Source: Mycobacteriales bacterium (GTDB taxonomy: Bacteria; Actinomycetota; Actinomycetes; Mycobacteriales; QHCD01). From it: a stretch of 64,000 nt of DNA. Every line of letters starts with the position of its first letter. Position 1 is the first letter of the stretch. The position numbers and the translations under genes are program-made. The stretch spans positions 801 to 64,800 of the forward strand of contig JBBSHJ010000004.1 in assembly GCA_038253135.1 (NCBI GenBank). Reading direction: 5' to 3'. Shown here one piece after another: positions 19,375 through 28,421 of this stretch. The notes under the pieces were generated by a model. The model ran no database searches and was not told the DNA's origin. It saw only the letters and a program-made list of their open reading frames with translations.

Positions 19375-19911
19375 ATGGTGCGCCGTGGCGGCGGGCCGGT
19401 GACCATGAGGACGGCATCGACCGGTACGACGGTGTCGTCTCTGGATCTGTGCCGCATGGCCGTGCTGATCGTGGGTGATCGCGATGGAGCCGTGGATGTC
19501 GTGCATGATGCGCTCGCCCGTGTGCAGCCGGGCTGGAATGGGCGCAGCCGTGATGACAGGGTGGCCTTGTCCTATGTGCGGCGGGTGATGTTGTCGATCG
19601 CGATAGATGCGGCGCGACGGCGACAGCGCATGCGCGCCCGGGCACCTCTCTTGTTTGAGCGTGACAGCGGGTCCGACCCGGACATCGCGCAGCGGGTCGC
19701 GGTATGGCGCGAGGTCGTGGCGCTGCCGCCGCAGCAGCGGGCCGTTGTCGCGCTGCACTACTACAACGATCTGACGGTCGCCGTCGGCGCTGAGTTGCTC
19801 GGTTGCTCTGAGTCAACCTTCCTGACGCATCTGCGCCGCGCCCGTAAGACGTTGGCCGAGCGGCTGGGCCAGGGCGAGGCGGCGACTTCGGAACGAGGAC
19901 GGGACCGATGA
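19375..19911 (+). CDS. ECF (sigma-70 family) RNA polymerase sigma factor
   Basis: Region 2 (VHDALARV..YVRRVMLSIAIDAARRR) and region 4 (LPPQQRAVVALHYYNDLTVAVGAELLGCSESTFLTHLRRARKTL). ATGA overlap with the next ORF. Confidence 0.8.
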   Translation: MVRRGGGPVTMRTASTGTTVSSLDLCRMAVLIVGDRDGAVDVVHDALARVQPGWNGRSRDDRVALSYVRRVMLSIAIDAARRRQRMRARAPLLFERDSGSDPDIAQRVAVWREVVALPPQQRAVVALHYYNDLTVAVGAELLGCSESTFLTHLRRARKTLAERLGQGEAATSERGRDR

Positions 19912-20490
19912 GCAAGCTTGACGAGGACATTCGCGCCGCGCTGCGGTTGGCCGCGGCGGAATTCGACGACGCGCTCGATCCACCATCGATACCGTCAGCC
20001 CGCCGGCGCACGGTTGGTCGCCGGCTCCTGCGGACGGCAACCCGGCCTGCCGTCCTGGCTGCGGCGGCGGTCGTGTTGGTCGTCGCGGGTGGCGCGGCGG
20101 CGGCGTTCTATGCCCACCACGGGAGTAGGCCGGCGCCCGGCTGCGGCCGGACACCGGCTCAGACTCGATACCCAACACGCGGTTCCCGCCAACCACAGTG
20201 GTGCAGCCTTTAAGGGCCGCCTGCAGGGCCGGATCGTGGGGGGAACGGCGTGCATGTGGCTCGGGGATGGCACCTATCGCATCATCTGGCCGCACGGATA
20301 CACGGCCACCAAGTCGGGTGGGACCATCATTATCCGCGATGATGGTGGCACGGTGGTCGCTCGTTCCGGGGACATGATTCAAGCTGGCGGAGGCTCCATA
20401 CCACCATCCGACTGGAAGCATCCGACCTCGTGCCGCCGAGGAGCCGCAGGCTTTTCGATATTTGATGAGGTGGCCGCATCCACGCCATAA
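19908..20490 (+). pseudogene. Membrane-anchored anti-sigma-like gene, apparently frameshifted near 20140-20160
   Basis: Frame of 19908 gives a cytoplasmic segment plus TM (AVLAAAAVVLVVAGGAAAAF), then decays to a stop at 20213. Frame of 19918 becomes clearly coding from ~20150 (GTACMWLGDGTYRIIWPHGYTATKSGGTIIIRDDGG...) to 20490. Confidence 0.45.
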
Positions 20491-20584
20491 GCGGGACAGC
20501 GGGCATGGTCAGCGCTGGGCAGTGTCCGGCCTTCTCGCTTCTTCGAGGCACAGCAGCCTTTGACGGGCCTGTGTCACCGTTTTT

Positions 20585-20902
20585 CTAGTCGTGTAGAATG
20601 CTTAGATTGAAGCCGTCCAGTTCGTACCAGATGTCGGTATAATGGAACGACGAACAGTTACCGCAAAAACCTAAGATAGTGCCGAGCGCTCCGACGGTAG
20701 TGTCGCTGGCGTACTGATAGGTCGGTCCGCCGCTGTCCCCGTAGTAAGCAACTTGCACATCGACCTTTGGCGCACGACTTAGGTGACACTTCTTCTTATT
20801 ATTGTCGGTAACGCCGTTGTCTGTCCAGCCCTTCACACAGATGTCTGCATTGGTGACGATAGCGGCGACTAAGGCAGTCGAATAGCCAGACGCGCGGACG
20901 CG
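20585..20902 (-). pseudogene. C-terminal stump of a trypsin/chymotrypsin-like (S1) serine protease
   Basis: YYGDSGGP catalytic-Ser motif and ILGFCGNC..FHYTDIWYEL tail. Stop-to-stop frame is only ~105 codons, so the His and Asp of the triad are absent. Local GC clearly below the flanks. Confidence 0.6.
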
Positions 20903-20946
20903 TTAGCCGTTGTGGCCTACCGGGACTGCCGCGAGCGAGCGACCGC

Positions 20947-22015
20947 TCAGGACCGCTCGTGAAGCGTCCGCAACACGAATTCGGCGAACAGGCTGTTGGC
21001 CCACCCGAACCACTGCCGGCTGAATCGCTCCGGCTCGTCCACGTCGAAGCTCTCATGCATCAGCCCGGTGCCCGCCGTCGTCGCGAGCAGCACGTCGATC
21101 AGCGCCGCCCGCTCGCCGCTGGACGTCGAGGTGCTGCCTTGCATCGACAGCGCGATCGGCCAGACCCAGCCGCGCTCGGTGTGCGGACTGCCGATCCGCT
21201 GCGCCCGAACTGGTCGATGCCGACGCGGATCTCATCGGCCAAGGCCGCCGCCTCGGTCGCCAGCGCATCGTCGCGGAAGACCTGGCGGGCGATGCGGCCG
21301 AGTTGGTGGAGGCTGACGGCGGCGAACATGTTGGCCGGGACCAGGTAACCGTACGTGCAGGCGTCATCGCTCGGCCGGAATCCCGACCACACCATGCCGG
21401 TCTCGGCGCACTGCGCGCCGCGGCCGTCGCGGACCAGCGTTTCGGTGGGCGGCAGGTGGTCGCCGGAGCGCTCGAAGCGGGTACGGCGAGGACGCCTCGT
21501 GCCGTTGCTCGGTGCGCATCACCGACACGATCGAGGCAAGCATCCGGTGTACGGCGTCGTCGAGATGCTCGACCGAAGCGGTCAGCTCCCACAGCCGGTG
21601 CGCGAGCCGGATCGGGTAGCACAGCGAATCGAGCTCGTACTTGCGCTCCCACACCCAGGGGCCCTGCACCGGCCGGTCCTCGTGCACCCGGGCGCCGGAG
21701 GCCGACTCGTTGAACGCGTTGGCGTAGGGGTCGATCGCGATCTGTGCGGCGTGTCGTCTGACCACCCCGGCGAGCATCCGGTGGATCTGTGGATCGTCGA
21801 CCGCGAAGCGCAGGTAGGGCTCGACCTGCGCTGCGGAGTCACGCAGCCACATGGCCGGGATGTCCCCCGACCACGAAGATGGAACCGTCGGTCGCCGGCC
21901 GGACGGTCGTCTCGAGCGAGCTGCGCAGCGCCGCCTCGAAGGTGGCGAGCAGATCGTCCCGGTCCGGCCAGGCCTCGATGACGCGGTCGACCACCGCCGC
22001 CACAGGGTCGCTCAC
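20947..22015 (-). pseudogene. GH125 (DUF1237) exo-alpha-1,6-mannosidase pseudogene
   Basis: GH125 blocks spread over three frames: DGSIFVV / GDIPAMWLRDSAAQV..DPYANAF..WERKYELDSLCYP / YRFERSGD..GMVWSGFRPSDDACTYGY / IGSPHT..WPIAL..GLMHESF..FSRQWFGWANSLF. Frame breaks at ~21864-21868 and ~21479-21481, plus an internal deletion at ~21195-21205. Confidence 0.7.
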
Positions 22016-22103
22016 CACCGTGCCTCCGCCCGCGCGCGTGCGTCCGAGGTCACTCGCTCACCGCAATCAGGTCGCCGATGCGGCGGGCCGGCCGGCTCGC
22101 GCG

Positions 22104-23237
22104 TCAGTGGCCGTGGCGATCGCCCGATCCGCGCGCCTCCGACTCCAACCACGCGGCGGAGCGCAGCCGCGCGGCGACGGCCGCCGCGTCGTACGCCGGG
22201 CCGTCGATCTCGAAGTCCTCGAGCGCCTCGAGCAGGCGCCGCCGCGCCGTACGCCGGTCGGGGCCCCAGGCGGCCACCTCGGCCAGCAGCGGCTCGTAAT
22301 ACGGCGCGAGGCGGTCGCCCTTGCGATAGCTGGCATGCACCCGGATGCCGTCGCCGTCCGGGGCGTGCCACCGAGCGATCCGCACCGGCTCGATGGTCCC
22401 GACGGCCGAGACCCGCGCCGACACGGCGTAGCCGCCGTCGGTCGGGTCGTCGCCGGGCCGGAACGCGTCCGGATCCAGTGCAGGATCGTCGTCGGCGGCG
22501 ATCGAGAGCTGCTGCTCGACGAGGTCGAGGCCGGTGACGAGTTCGGTGACGGAGTGCCCGATCTGCAAGCGGTCACGGGACGTCACGAAGGCGGGCACGT
22601 CCCGCTGCGGCCCCGTCAGTGCGAGATCGACGGTGGCCAGCCCCACCAACCCGACGGCCTCACCGAAGCGGGCCGCAGCGTGCTCGGCGACCGCCCGCAC
22701 AGGGTCGGGGATCGCGGCCGGCGCCTCGACCACCGTCGGACGGTCGGCCGCCTGCAGCGTGACCGTGCGGGTGCCGAGGACGAGGACCTGGCCGTCGCCG
22801 AGACCCAGCAGCTGCACCTCGAGATCCGCTGGTACGCCGTCCGGCGCGGCGGGCAGCTCGGCCCCGGCAAGCGCCGCCGCCTGGCGGGCGGCATCGGTGC
22901 GCACCGAGAGGGTCGCCGGCCCCGGGCCGATCCAGGTGAGTCCGGCTGCCGTCACCGCTGCCGCGGCGGCGGGCTCCTCGGCCACGAACGCCCGCCCGGG
23001 GTGCAGCGCCTCGGCGCCAGCGACCTCGGCGGCCTCGATCAGCCGCTCGACGTCGTTGTAGGACTCGTCGGCGTCGGTCCCGCCGAGCAGGATCGCCTCG
23101 TCGGCCAGCCGGGTATGCATCGCATGGCGATCGGCGTCCGAGTGGACGGTGACCGCCTTGACCCCGAGCCGGTGGCAGGTGCGCATGACCCGGCAGGCGA
23201 TCAGCCCGCGGTCGGCGACCAGCACGCTCTCGAACAC
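22104..23237 (-). CDS. Biotin-carboxylase-like protein lacking the ATP-grasp lid (probable pseudo-enzyme)
   Basis: GTG 23237 gives VFESVLVADRGLIACRVMRTCHRLG (BC N-domain) and a BC C-domain at the end. Gly-rich loop absent; RDCSLQRRNQK is replaced by RTVTLQAADRP. Confidence 0.7.
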   Translation of the reverse strand: MFESVLVADRGLIACRVMRTCHRLGVKAVTVHSDADRHAMHTRLADEAILLGGTDADESYNDVERLIEAAEVAGAEALHPGRAFVAEEPAAAAAVTAAGLTWIGPGPATLSVRTDAARQAAALAGAELPAAPDGVPADLEVQLLGLGDGQVLVLGTRTVTLQAADRPTVVEAPAAIPDPVRAVAEHAAARFGEAVGLVGLATVDLALTGPQRDVPAFVTSRDRLQIGHSVTELVTGLDLVEQQLSIAADDDPALDPDAFRPGDDPTDGGYAVSARVSAVGTIEPVRIARWHAPDGDGIRVHASYRKGDRLAPYYEPLLAEVAAWGPDRRTARRRLLEALEDFEIDGPAYDAAAVAARLRSAAWLESEARGSGDRHGH

Positions 23238-23363
23238 CCTGGCCGCCTCTCTCGGTCTCGCCCGTGCCTGCGGCTGTCCCCGTCCATGCCAGAATCTATC
23301 CACCCGCACGGACAGCCACCGGCCGCCCCACGACGGGCGGCGTACAGAGAGGGAGAGCACCCG

Positions 23364-23438
23364 ATGGCGAAGAGCGCCCGCAAGCGCAAGGCCCGCCGCA
23401 AGAACCGCGCCAACCACGGCAAGCGGCCCAACAGCTGA
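23364..23438 (+). CDS. 24-aa ribosomal protein bL37-like
   Basis: MAKSARKRKARRKNRANHGKRPNS, seen at the tail of shadow ORF 21789..23438. GGGAGAG upstream. Matches my memory of actinobacterial bL37 (...ANHGKRPN[AS]). Confidence 0.65.
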   Translation: MAKSARKRKARRKNRANHGKRPNS

Positions 23439-23467
23439 CTCCGAGCGCGCCGGCGCCCGGTCAGGTT

Positions 23468-23851
23468 TCAGTCGTCGGTCGGCGCCGGGCCGGAGCCGAA
23501 TTGACCCGTCTCGAGGCGGCCCGACTCGGATTGGACGGTCTCGAACCGGGCGGACTCGACCGTTCCCGACTCGAGGTGCACCGACGCGAGACGGGTGCGG
23601 ACCGACTTGCGCAGCGTGTCCGGCGCCTTCTCGCCCCCGCACTTGCGACGTACCAGCTCCTTGACCTCGTGCAGCACCCCGACGTATTCCAGGCATGGCG
23701 AGCAGGCGTCGAGGTGATCGGCGATCGCCGAGCGCCGCGTGTCGTCGCACTCGTCATCCAGGAAGCGGTAAACGTCGGTCAGGATCGCCGCACACTCGGT
23801 GGGTACGACGGTCGTGCCGTCATCGGTGCCCTGATCGAAACCCGCGGTCAT
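23468..23851 (-). CDS. rshA: Zinc-associated anti-sigma factor (ZAS), RshA/RsrA-like
   Basis: HLDACSPC (HxxxCxxC) plus an upstream Cys. ATGA overlap with the sigma-factor stop. Confidence 0.85.
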   Translation of the reverse strand: MTAGFDQGTDDGTTVVPTECAAILTDVYRFLDDECDDTRRSAIADHLDACSPCLEYVGVLHEVKELVRRKCGGEKAPDTLRKSVRTRLASVHLESGTVESARFETVQSESGRLETGQFGSGPAPTDD

Positions 23852-24525
23852 GACCGGCTCCCCTCGACCGAACCGCTGACACCACTGGATTCGGCATCGG
23901 GAGGATCAGTGGGCACGGGACGAGTGAATCCCCGATCTCGGGCGTAGTCGGCCAGCCGCTCCTGCAGGGCGCGGCGGCCACGGTGCAGCCGGGACATCAC
24001 GGTGCCGATCGGCGTCCCCATGATCTCGGCGATCTCCTTGTAGGCAAAGCCTTCGACGTCGGCAAGGTAGACGGCCAGCCGGAAGTCCTCGGGGAGTTCC
24101 TGCAGCGCGTCCTTGACGTCTGAGTCAGGCAGGTGATCGAGCGCCTCGACCTCGGCGGACTTCAGCCCGCTCGACGTGTGCGACTCGGCCGCGGCGATCT
24201 GCCAGTCCTCGATCTGCTCGGTCATGGACTGCTGCGGCTGGCGCTGGCGCTTGCGGTATCCGTTGATGAAGGTGTTGGTCAGGATCCGGTAGAGCCAGGC
24301 CTTGAGGTTGGTGCCCTCCCGGAACTGGTGGAAGGCGGCGTAGGCCTTGACGAACGTCTCCTGCACCAGATCCTCGGCGTCCGCCGGGTTGCGGGTCATT
24401 CGCATCGCGGCCGCGTAGAGCTGGTCGAGGAAGGGCAGCGCGTCGCGCTCGAACCGCGCACGTCGCTGCTCGGCCGTCTCCTCCGGAGCTCGTTCCGTCT
24501 CCTCGCTGACCGACTGGTCCGACAC
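23848..24525 (-). CDS. sigH: ECF sigma factor SigH/SigR-like
   Basis: GTG 24525 with GGAGG 4 nt upstream. [70 protein letters not shown]. Confidence 0.85.
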   Translation of the reverse strand: MSDQSVSEETERAPEETAEQRRARFERDALPFLDQLYAAAMRMTRNPADAEDLVQETFVKAYAAFHQFREGTNLKAWLYRILTNTFINGYRKRQRQPQQSMTEQIEDWQIAAAESHTSSGLKSAEVEALDHLPDSDVKDALQELPEDFRLAVYLADVEGFAYKEIAEIMGTPIGTVMSRLHRGRRALQERLADYARDRGFTRPVPTDPPDAESSGVSGSVEGSRS

Positions 24526-24899
24526 CCCGCCTCCTGTCCGCAGCGGCCCGGTCGCTGAGCGGTCGCGCTCCTCGATCGGGGCGGGCCCTGCAGGAGGCGA
24601 GCTTACGCGGGTTGGCGCTACGTTCCCGCGACCTGTCCCGTCGCTCCCGGCGTCCCAGCCACGGCACCTGCGCGCGTCGTACGTCGCTCGCGCGCAGTCA
24701 CGGCTCGCGTTCGCGTGATCCAAGACCTGTGCGGCAGAGACCTGCGCGGCAGACTCGACGACCATGAAATCTCCGTAGCGACCTGTGGTGCGCCGGAGGA
24801 AACAAATGCGGGCCGCGATCAGCACGACCGCGGCGCACCAGCGCTGTGTAGTTCCGGTAACCGCTCCGGCCGCCGGCTGATTCCCCGGCCGGCGCGAGA

Positions 24900-25247
24900 T
24901 CAGGGTTCGGCCGAGCCCTCGCGGTAGATCCTCGCCTCGAGGATCTTGCCGCCGCCCAGCGAGAAGAAGCCGGCGATCGCGGCGAGGCGTTGCGTTCCGT
25001 CCTCGCCGGTCCAGGTCTCCGTCAGCTCGGCCGCGACGACGGTGCCCGAGGCGAGGACGCGGCGGACCGCCAGCCTGGGCTGGAGGGCATCGAAGGCACC
25101 GGTGAAGAGGGCACGGATCTCCTCGGTCCCGCGGTAGGTGTCGGTGCCGGTGCTCCACACGGCATCGAGTGTGAAGCCCGACATCACCCGCTCGATGTTG
25201 CCCGAATTGACGGCGGCGACGTGATCGCGGATCAGGCCCTCACTCAT
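24900..25247 (-). CDS. NTF2/SnoaL-like fold protein
   Basis: 115 aa, N-terminal [26 protein letters not shown] pattern typical of SnoaL-like proteins. Confidence 0.6.
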   Translation of the reverse strand: MSEGLIRDHVAAVNSGNIERVMSGFTLDAVWSTGTDTYRGTEEIRALFTGAFDALQPRLAVRRVLASGTVVAAELTETWTGEDGTQRLAAIAGFFSLGGGKILEARIYREGSAEP

Positions 25248-25281
25248 TCCCCGACCGTACGCACTTGCGCACCGTGCGCAC

Positions 25282-26022
25282 TCAGAACAGCGTCGCCGGG
25301 GTGTCGGCGGCGGGTTTGTCCGGCCGCTGCAGGTCCGGCCCGTTGTTGGCGACGTTGCCGACGGCGGAGCCGACCGGGCGGATCTCCAAGGACCGCAACA
25401 GCTCGGCGGACGGATCGAGCATCGGCGTGGGATCGGGCATCCCGGGATCGAGCCACGTGGTCCAGCGCTCGTCCGGGAGCGCGAGCGGCATCCGGTCGTG
25501 GATCTCGGCGAGCTCGCCGGCCGACGCGACCGTGATGATCGAGCACGAGACGACCCATGCGTCGGTCTTCGGTGCCTTCCAGAATTCGTAGACCCCGGCC
25601 AGGGCGACGCCGGCCGGGCGGGTCAGGTAATAGGCCTGCTTCTTGGGCGAGTCGGGCCGCTTGGCCCACTCGTACCAGCCGTCGGCGGGCACCAGGCAGC
25701 GACGTACGGCGGCGGCCTTCTTGAACGCTCCCGACGTCGTGAGGGTCTCGGCCCGCGCGTTGAACATCCGGGAGCCGACCGTGACATCGTCGGCCCAGGA
25801 AGGGATCAGGCCCCACCGCATCGGCTCGAGCACCCGGGCGGCGCTGGAATGCCGGACGCGGACCGTGTAGACCGTGTCGGTGGGCGCGACGTTGTAGCTC
25901 GGATTCGGGGCGTCGACGTCGGCGGCGTGGTCCGGACCGGCGTCGGCCGACGCCTCCCACTCGGCCTCGAACTCCGCCGCGAGGTCGCCGGGGCCGCGCG
26001 TCGAGGAGTACCTGCCGCACAT
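25282..26022 (-). CDS. SOS-response-associated peptidase (SRAP/YedK, DUF159)
   Basis: Starts MCGRY (catalytic Cys2). [28 protein letters not shown] blocks. The track ORF 25282..27132 is an artefactual extension. Confidence 0.85.
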   Translation of the reverse strand: MCGRYSSTRGPGDLAAEFEAEWEASADAGPDHAADVDAPNPSYNVAPTDTVYTVRVRHSSAARVLEPMRWGLIPSWADDVTVGSRMFNARAETLTTSGAFKKAAAVRRCLVPADGWYEWAKRPDSPKKQAYYLTRPAGVALAGVYEFWKAPKTDAWVVSCSIITVASAGELAEIHDRMPLALPDERWTTWLDPGMPDPTPMLDPSAELLRSLEIRPVGSAVGNVANNGPDLQRPDKPAADTPATLF

Positions 26023-26121
26023 GCGTCCAACGTACCGGCAACCGGCACGACCCCCCGTTCTGCGGCGGATGCCGCCTGCTGCGGCTCCGCCCGAGGGGCG
26101 CCGGTCGGGCAAACTGGGGAC

Positions 26122-27396
26122 ATGACGTTCCCTTGGGCCGCGCCCCGCGCGCGAGACGCGCTCGACGCGACGGTCGTCGTACCCGGATCGAAGTCCGTGA
26201 CCAATCGCGCGCTCGTGCTCGCGGCGCTCGCCGACGGGCCCAGCCGGCTCGCGCGCCCGCTGCGCGCCCGCGACACCGACCTGATGGTGCGCGCGCTGCA
26301 CGCGATGGGTACGACGATCGAGGATCGCGGCGAGGACTGGGCCATCACCCCGCGACCGCTCGCGGGACCGGCCGACGTCGACACCGGGCTTGCCGGCACC
26401 GTTATGCGGTTCGTCCTGCCGGTGGCGGCGCTGGCCTCGGGACCGGTCCGGTTCGACGGCGACGAGCGGGCCCGCGAGCGCCCGCTCGGACCCCTGATCG
26501 GCGCCCTGCGGGGGCTCGGTGTCCACATCGACGACGGCGGGCGCGGAGCCCTGCCGCTGGCGGTCCAAGGCACCGGCGCGGTCGACGGCGGCGCCACCAG
26601 CCTGGACGCGTCCGGATCGTCGCAGTTCATCAGCGCGCTGCTGCTGGCCGGGGCGCGGTTCGACAAGGGTGTCGAGATCCGTCATACCGGCGCGAGCGTC
26701 CCCTCGCTGCCGCACATCGAGATGACGCTCGCGATGCTGCGCGCCGCGGGCATCGACGCCGAGGCGGGCGGCACGACGGTGTGGCGGGTGCGTCCCGGCC
26801 GGATCCGGGCCCGAGACCTGGTGATCGAGCCGGACCTGTCCAACGCCGCGCCCTTCCTCGCCGCGGCGCTGGTCGCCGGCGGCAGCGTGACCGTGCCGGA
26901 CTGGCCGGGCGAGAGCACCCAGCCCGGCGACGGGCTGCGCGACCTGCTCAGCCGGCTCGGCGGCGTCGTACGGCGTACCGCCGGCGGGCTGTCCGTCACC
27001 GGGGGTGGCCGGATCCAGGGCATCGACGTCGACCTGCACGGGGAATCCGAGCTCACCCCCGTCATCGCCGCGGTGTGCGCGCTCGCCGACGGACCGTCGC
27101 GATTGCGCGGCGTCGCGCACATCCGCGGCCACGAGACCGACCGGCTGGCCGCCCTCGCGACCGAGCTAACCGAGCTCGGCGGCTCCGTCGACGAGACCGA
27201 TGACGGCCTGAGGATCACACCGAAACCCTTGCACGGCGGGGTCTTCCGCAGCTACGCCGACCATCGCATGGCGCAGGCGGGCGCGCTGATCGGGCTGGCC
27301 GTCGACGGCGTCTCGGTCGACGACATCGGGTGTACGAGCAAGACCCTGCCCGATTTCCCCGGCCTGTGGGCGGGTGTGCTGCGAGGCCGGCGCTGA
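26122..27396 (+). CDS. aroA: 3-phosphoshikimate 1-carboxyvinyltransferase (EPSP synthase)
   Basis: [42 protein letters not shown]. Confidence 0.92.
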   Translation: MTFPWAAPRARDALDATVVVPGSKSVTNRALVLAALADGPSRLARPLRARDTDLMVRALHAMGTTIEDRGEDWAITPRPLAGPADVDTGLAGTVMRFVLPVAALASGPVRFDGDERARERPLGPLIGALRGLGVHIDDGGRGALPLAVQGTGAVDGGATSLDASGSSQFISALLLAGARFDKGVEIRHTGASVPSLPHIEMTLAMLRAAGIDAEAGGTTVWRVRPGRIRARDLVIEPDLSNAAPFLAAALVAGGSVTVPDWPGESTQPGDGLRDLLSRLGGVVRRTAGGLSVTGGGRIQGIDVDLHGESELTPVIAAVCALADGPSRLRGVAHIRGHETDRLAALATELTELGGSVDETDDGLRITPKPLHGGVFRSYADHRMAQAGALIGLAVDGVSVDDIGCTSKTLPDFPGLWAGVLRGRR

Positions 27397-28400
27397 CCGG
27401 GCCGGCCGGGCGGCACCTCACCGAGGACGACGTCCGCGTGCGCCCCGGTCGCCGGAGCAGCCGACCGCGCAGCAAGCAGCGGCCCGCGCACCAAGACGCC
27501 TCGCCCGGCTTCGTCGTTGCCGTCGATCGTGGCCGCTACACCTGCTCGGTCGCCGGTCAAACCGTCGTCGCGATCACGGCCCGCGAGCTCGGCCGGGCTG
27601 CGGTCGTGGTCGGCGACGACGTGGCCCTTGTCGGGGACCGGTCCGGCTCCGGCGGCAGCCTCGCCCGCATCGTCCGCGTCGAGAAACGGCGTACCGTGCT
27701 GCGGCGCACCGCCGATGACGACGACCCGATCGAGCGGATCATCGTCGCCAACGCCGACCAGATGCTCATCGTCACCGCGCTCGCTGACCCGCCGCCGCGC
27801 TACGGGCTCGTCGACCGTTGCCTCGTCGCGGCGTACGCCGGCGGCCTGGCACCGATCCTGTGCCTCACCAAGTCCGACCTGGCCGACCCGGCGCCGGTGA
27901 TCGAGGCCTACCGCGACCTCGACCTCCCCGTCATCACCAACCGGTACGACGAGCCACTCGACGACGTGATCGCGCGCCTTTTCGGGCACGAGACCGTCTT
28001 CGTCGGGCACTCCGGGGTGGGCAAGTCGACGATGGTCAACGCGCTGGTCCCCGACGCCGACCGCGCGGTCGGCCGGGTCAGCGCCATCGGCAGGGGCCGG
28101 CACACGTCGTCCTCCGCGGTCGCGCTGGCGTTGCCCGAGCACGCCGGCTGGGTCATCGACACACCCGGATTGCGATCCTTCGGCCTCGCCCACGTGGCCC
28201 CCGGTGACCTGCTGGCCGCGTTCGGCGACCTCGCGCCCGGCGCCGAGCGCTGCCCGCGGGGGTGCGAGCACCGCGGTTCGCGCGACGAGTGCGCGCTGGA
28301 CGCCTGGGTCGCCCACGCTCACGCCAGCCTCGCCCGGCTCGAGTCCTACCGGCGGTTGCTCGCGGCTCGCACCGCCGCGACCGGACCCGGCGAGCGATAA
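27366..28400 (+). CDS. rsgA: Ribosome small-subunit-dependent GTPase A
   Basis: [18 protein letters not shown]-terminus, OB domain, [15 protein letters not shown]-terminal Zn-knuckle Cys/His (CPRGCEH..C). Start uncertain (GTG 27330, GTG 27366 or CTG 27393). Confidence 0.85.
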   Translation: MGGCAARPALTGPAGRHLTEDDVRVRPGRRSSRPRSKQRPAHQDASPGFVVAVDRGRYTCSVAGQTVVAITARELGRAAVVVGDDVALVGDRSGSGGSLARIVRVEKRRTVLRRTADDDDPIERIIVANADQMLIVTALADPPPRYGLVDRCLVAAYAGGLAPILCLTKSDLADPAPVIEAYRDLDLPVITNRYDEPLDDVIARLFGHETVFVGHSGVGKSTMVNALVPDADRAVGRVSAIGRGRHTSSSAVALALPEHAGWVIDTPGLRSFGLAHVAPGDLLAAFGDLAPGAERCPRGCEHRGSRDECALDAWVAHAHASLARLESYRRLLAARTAATGPGER

Positions 28401-28421
28401 GCGGCCAGTAGCCTCTTGGGC

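Noticed and set aside
24604-24632. Candidate SigH-type autoregulatory promoter (GGGAAC-N15-GTAA on the minus strand) upstream of sigH
   Set aside because: The -35 match is good. However, the spacer is shorter than the N16-18 I remember for SigH/SigR promoters, and the -10 reads GTA rather than GTT. This is too weak to call without TSS data.
25282-27132. 616-aa ORF as listed in the track
   Set aside because: Only the last 246 codons (from MCGRY at 26022) resemble a real protein (SRAP). The upstream 370 codons are antisense to aroA.
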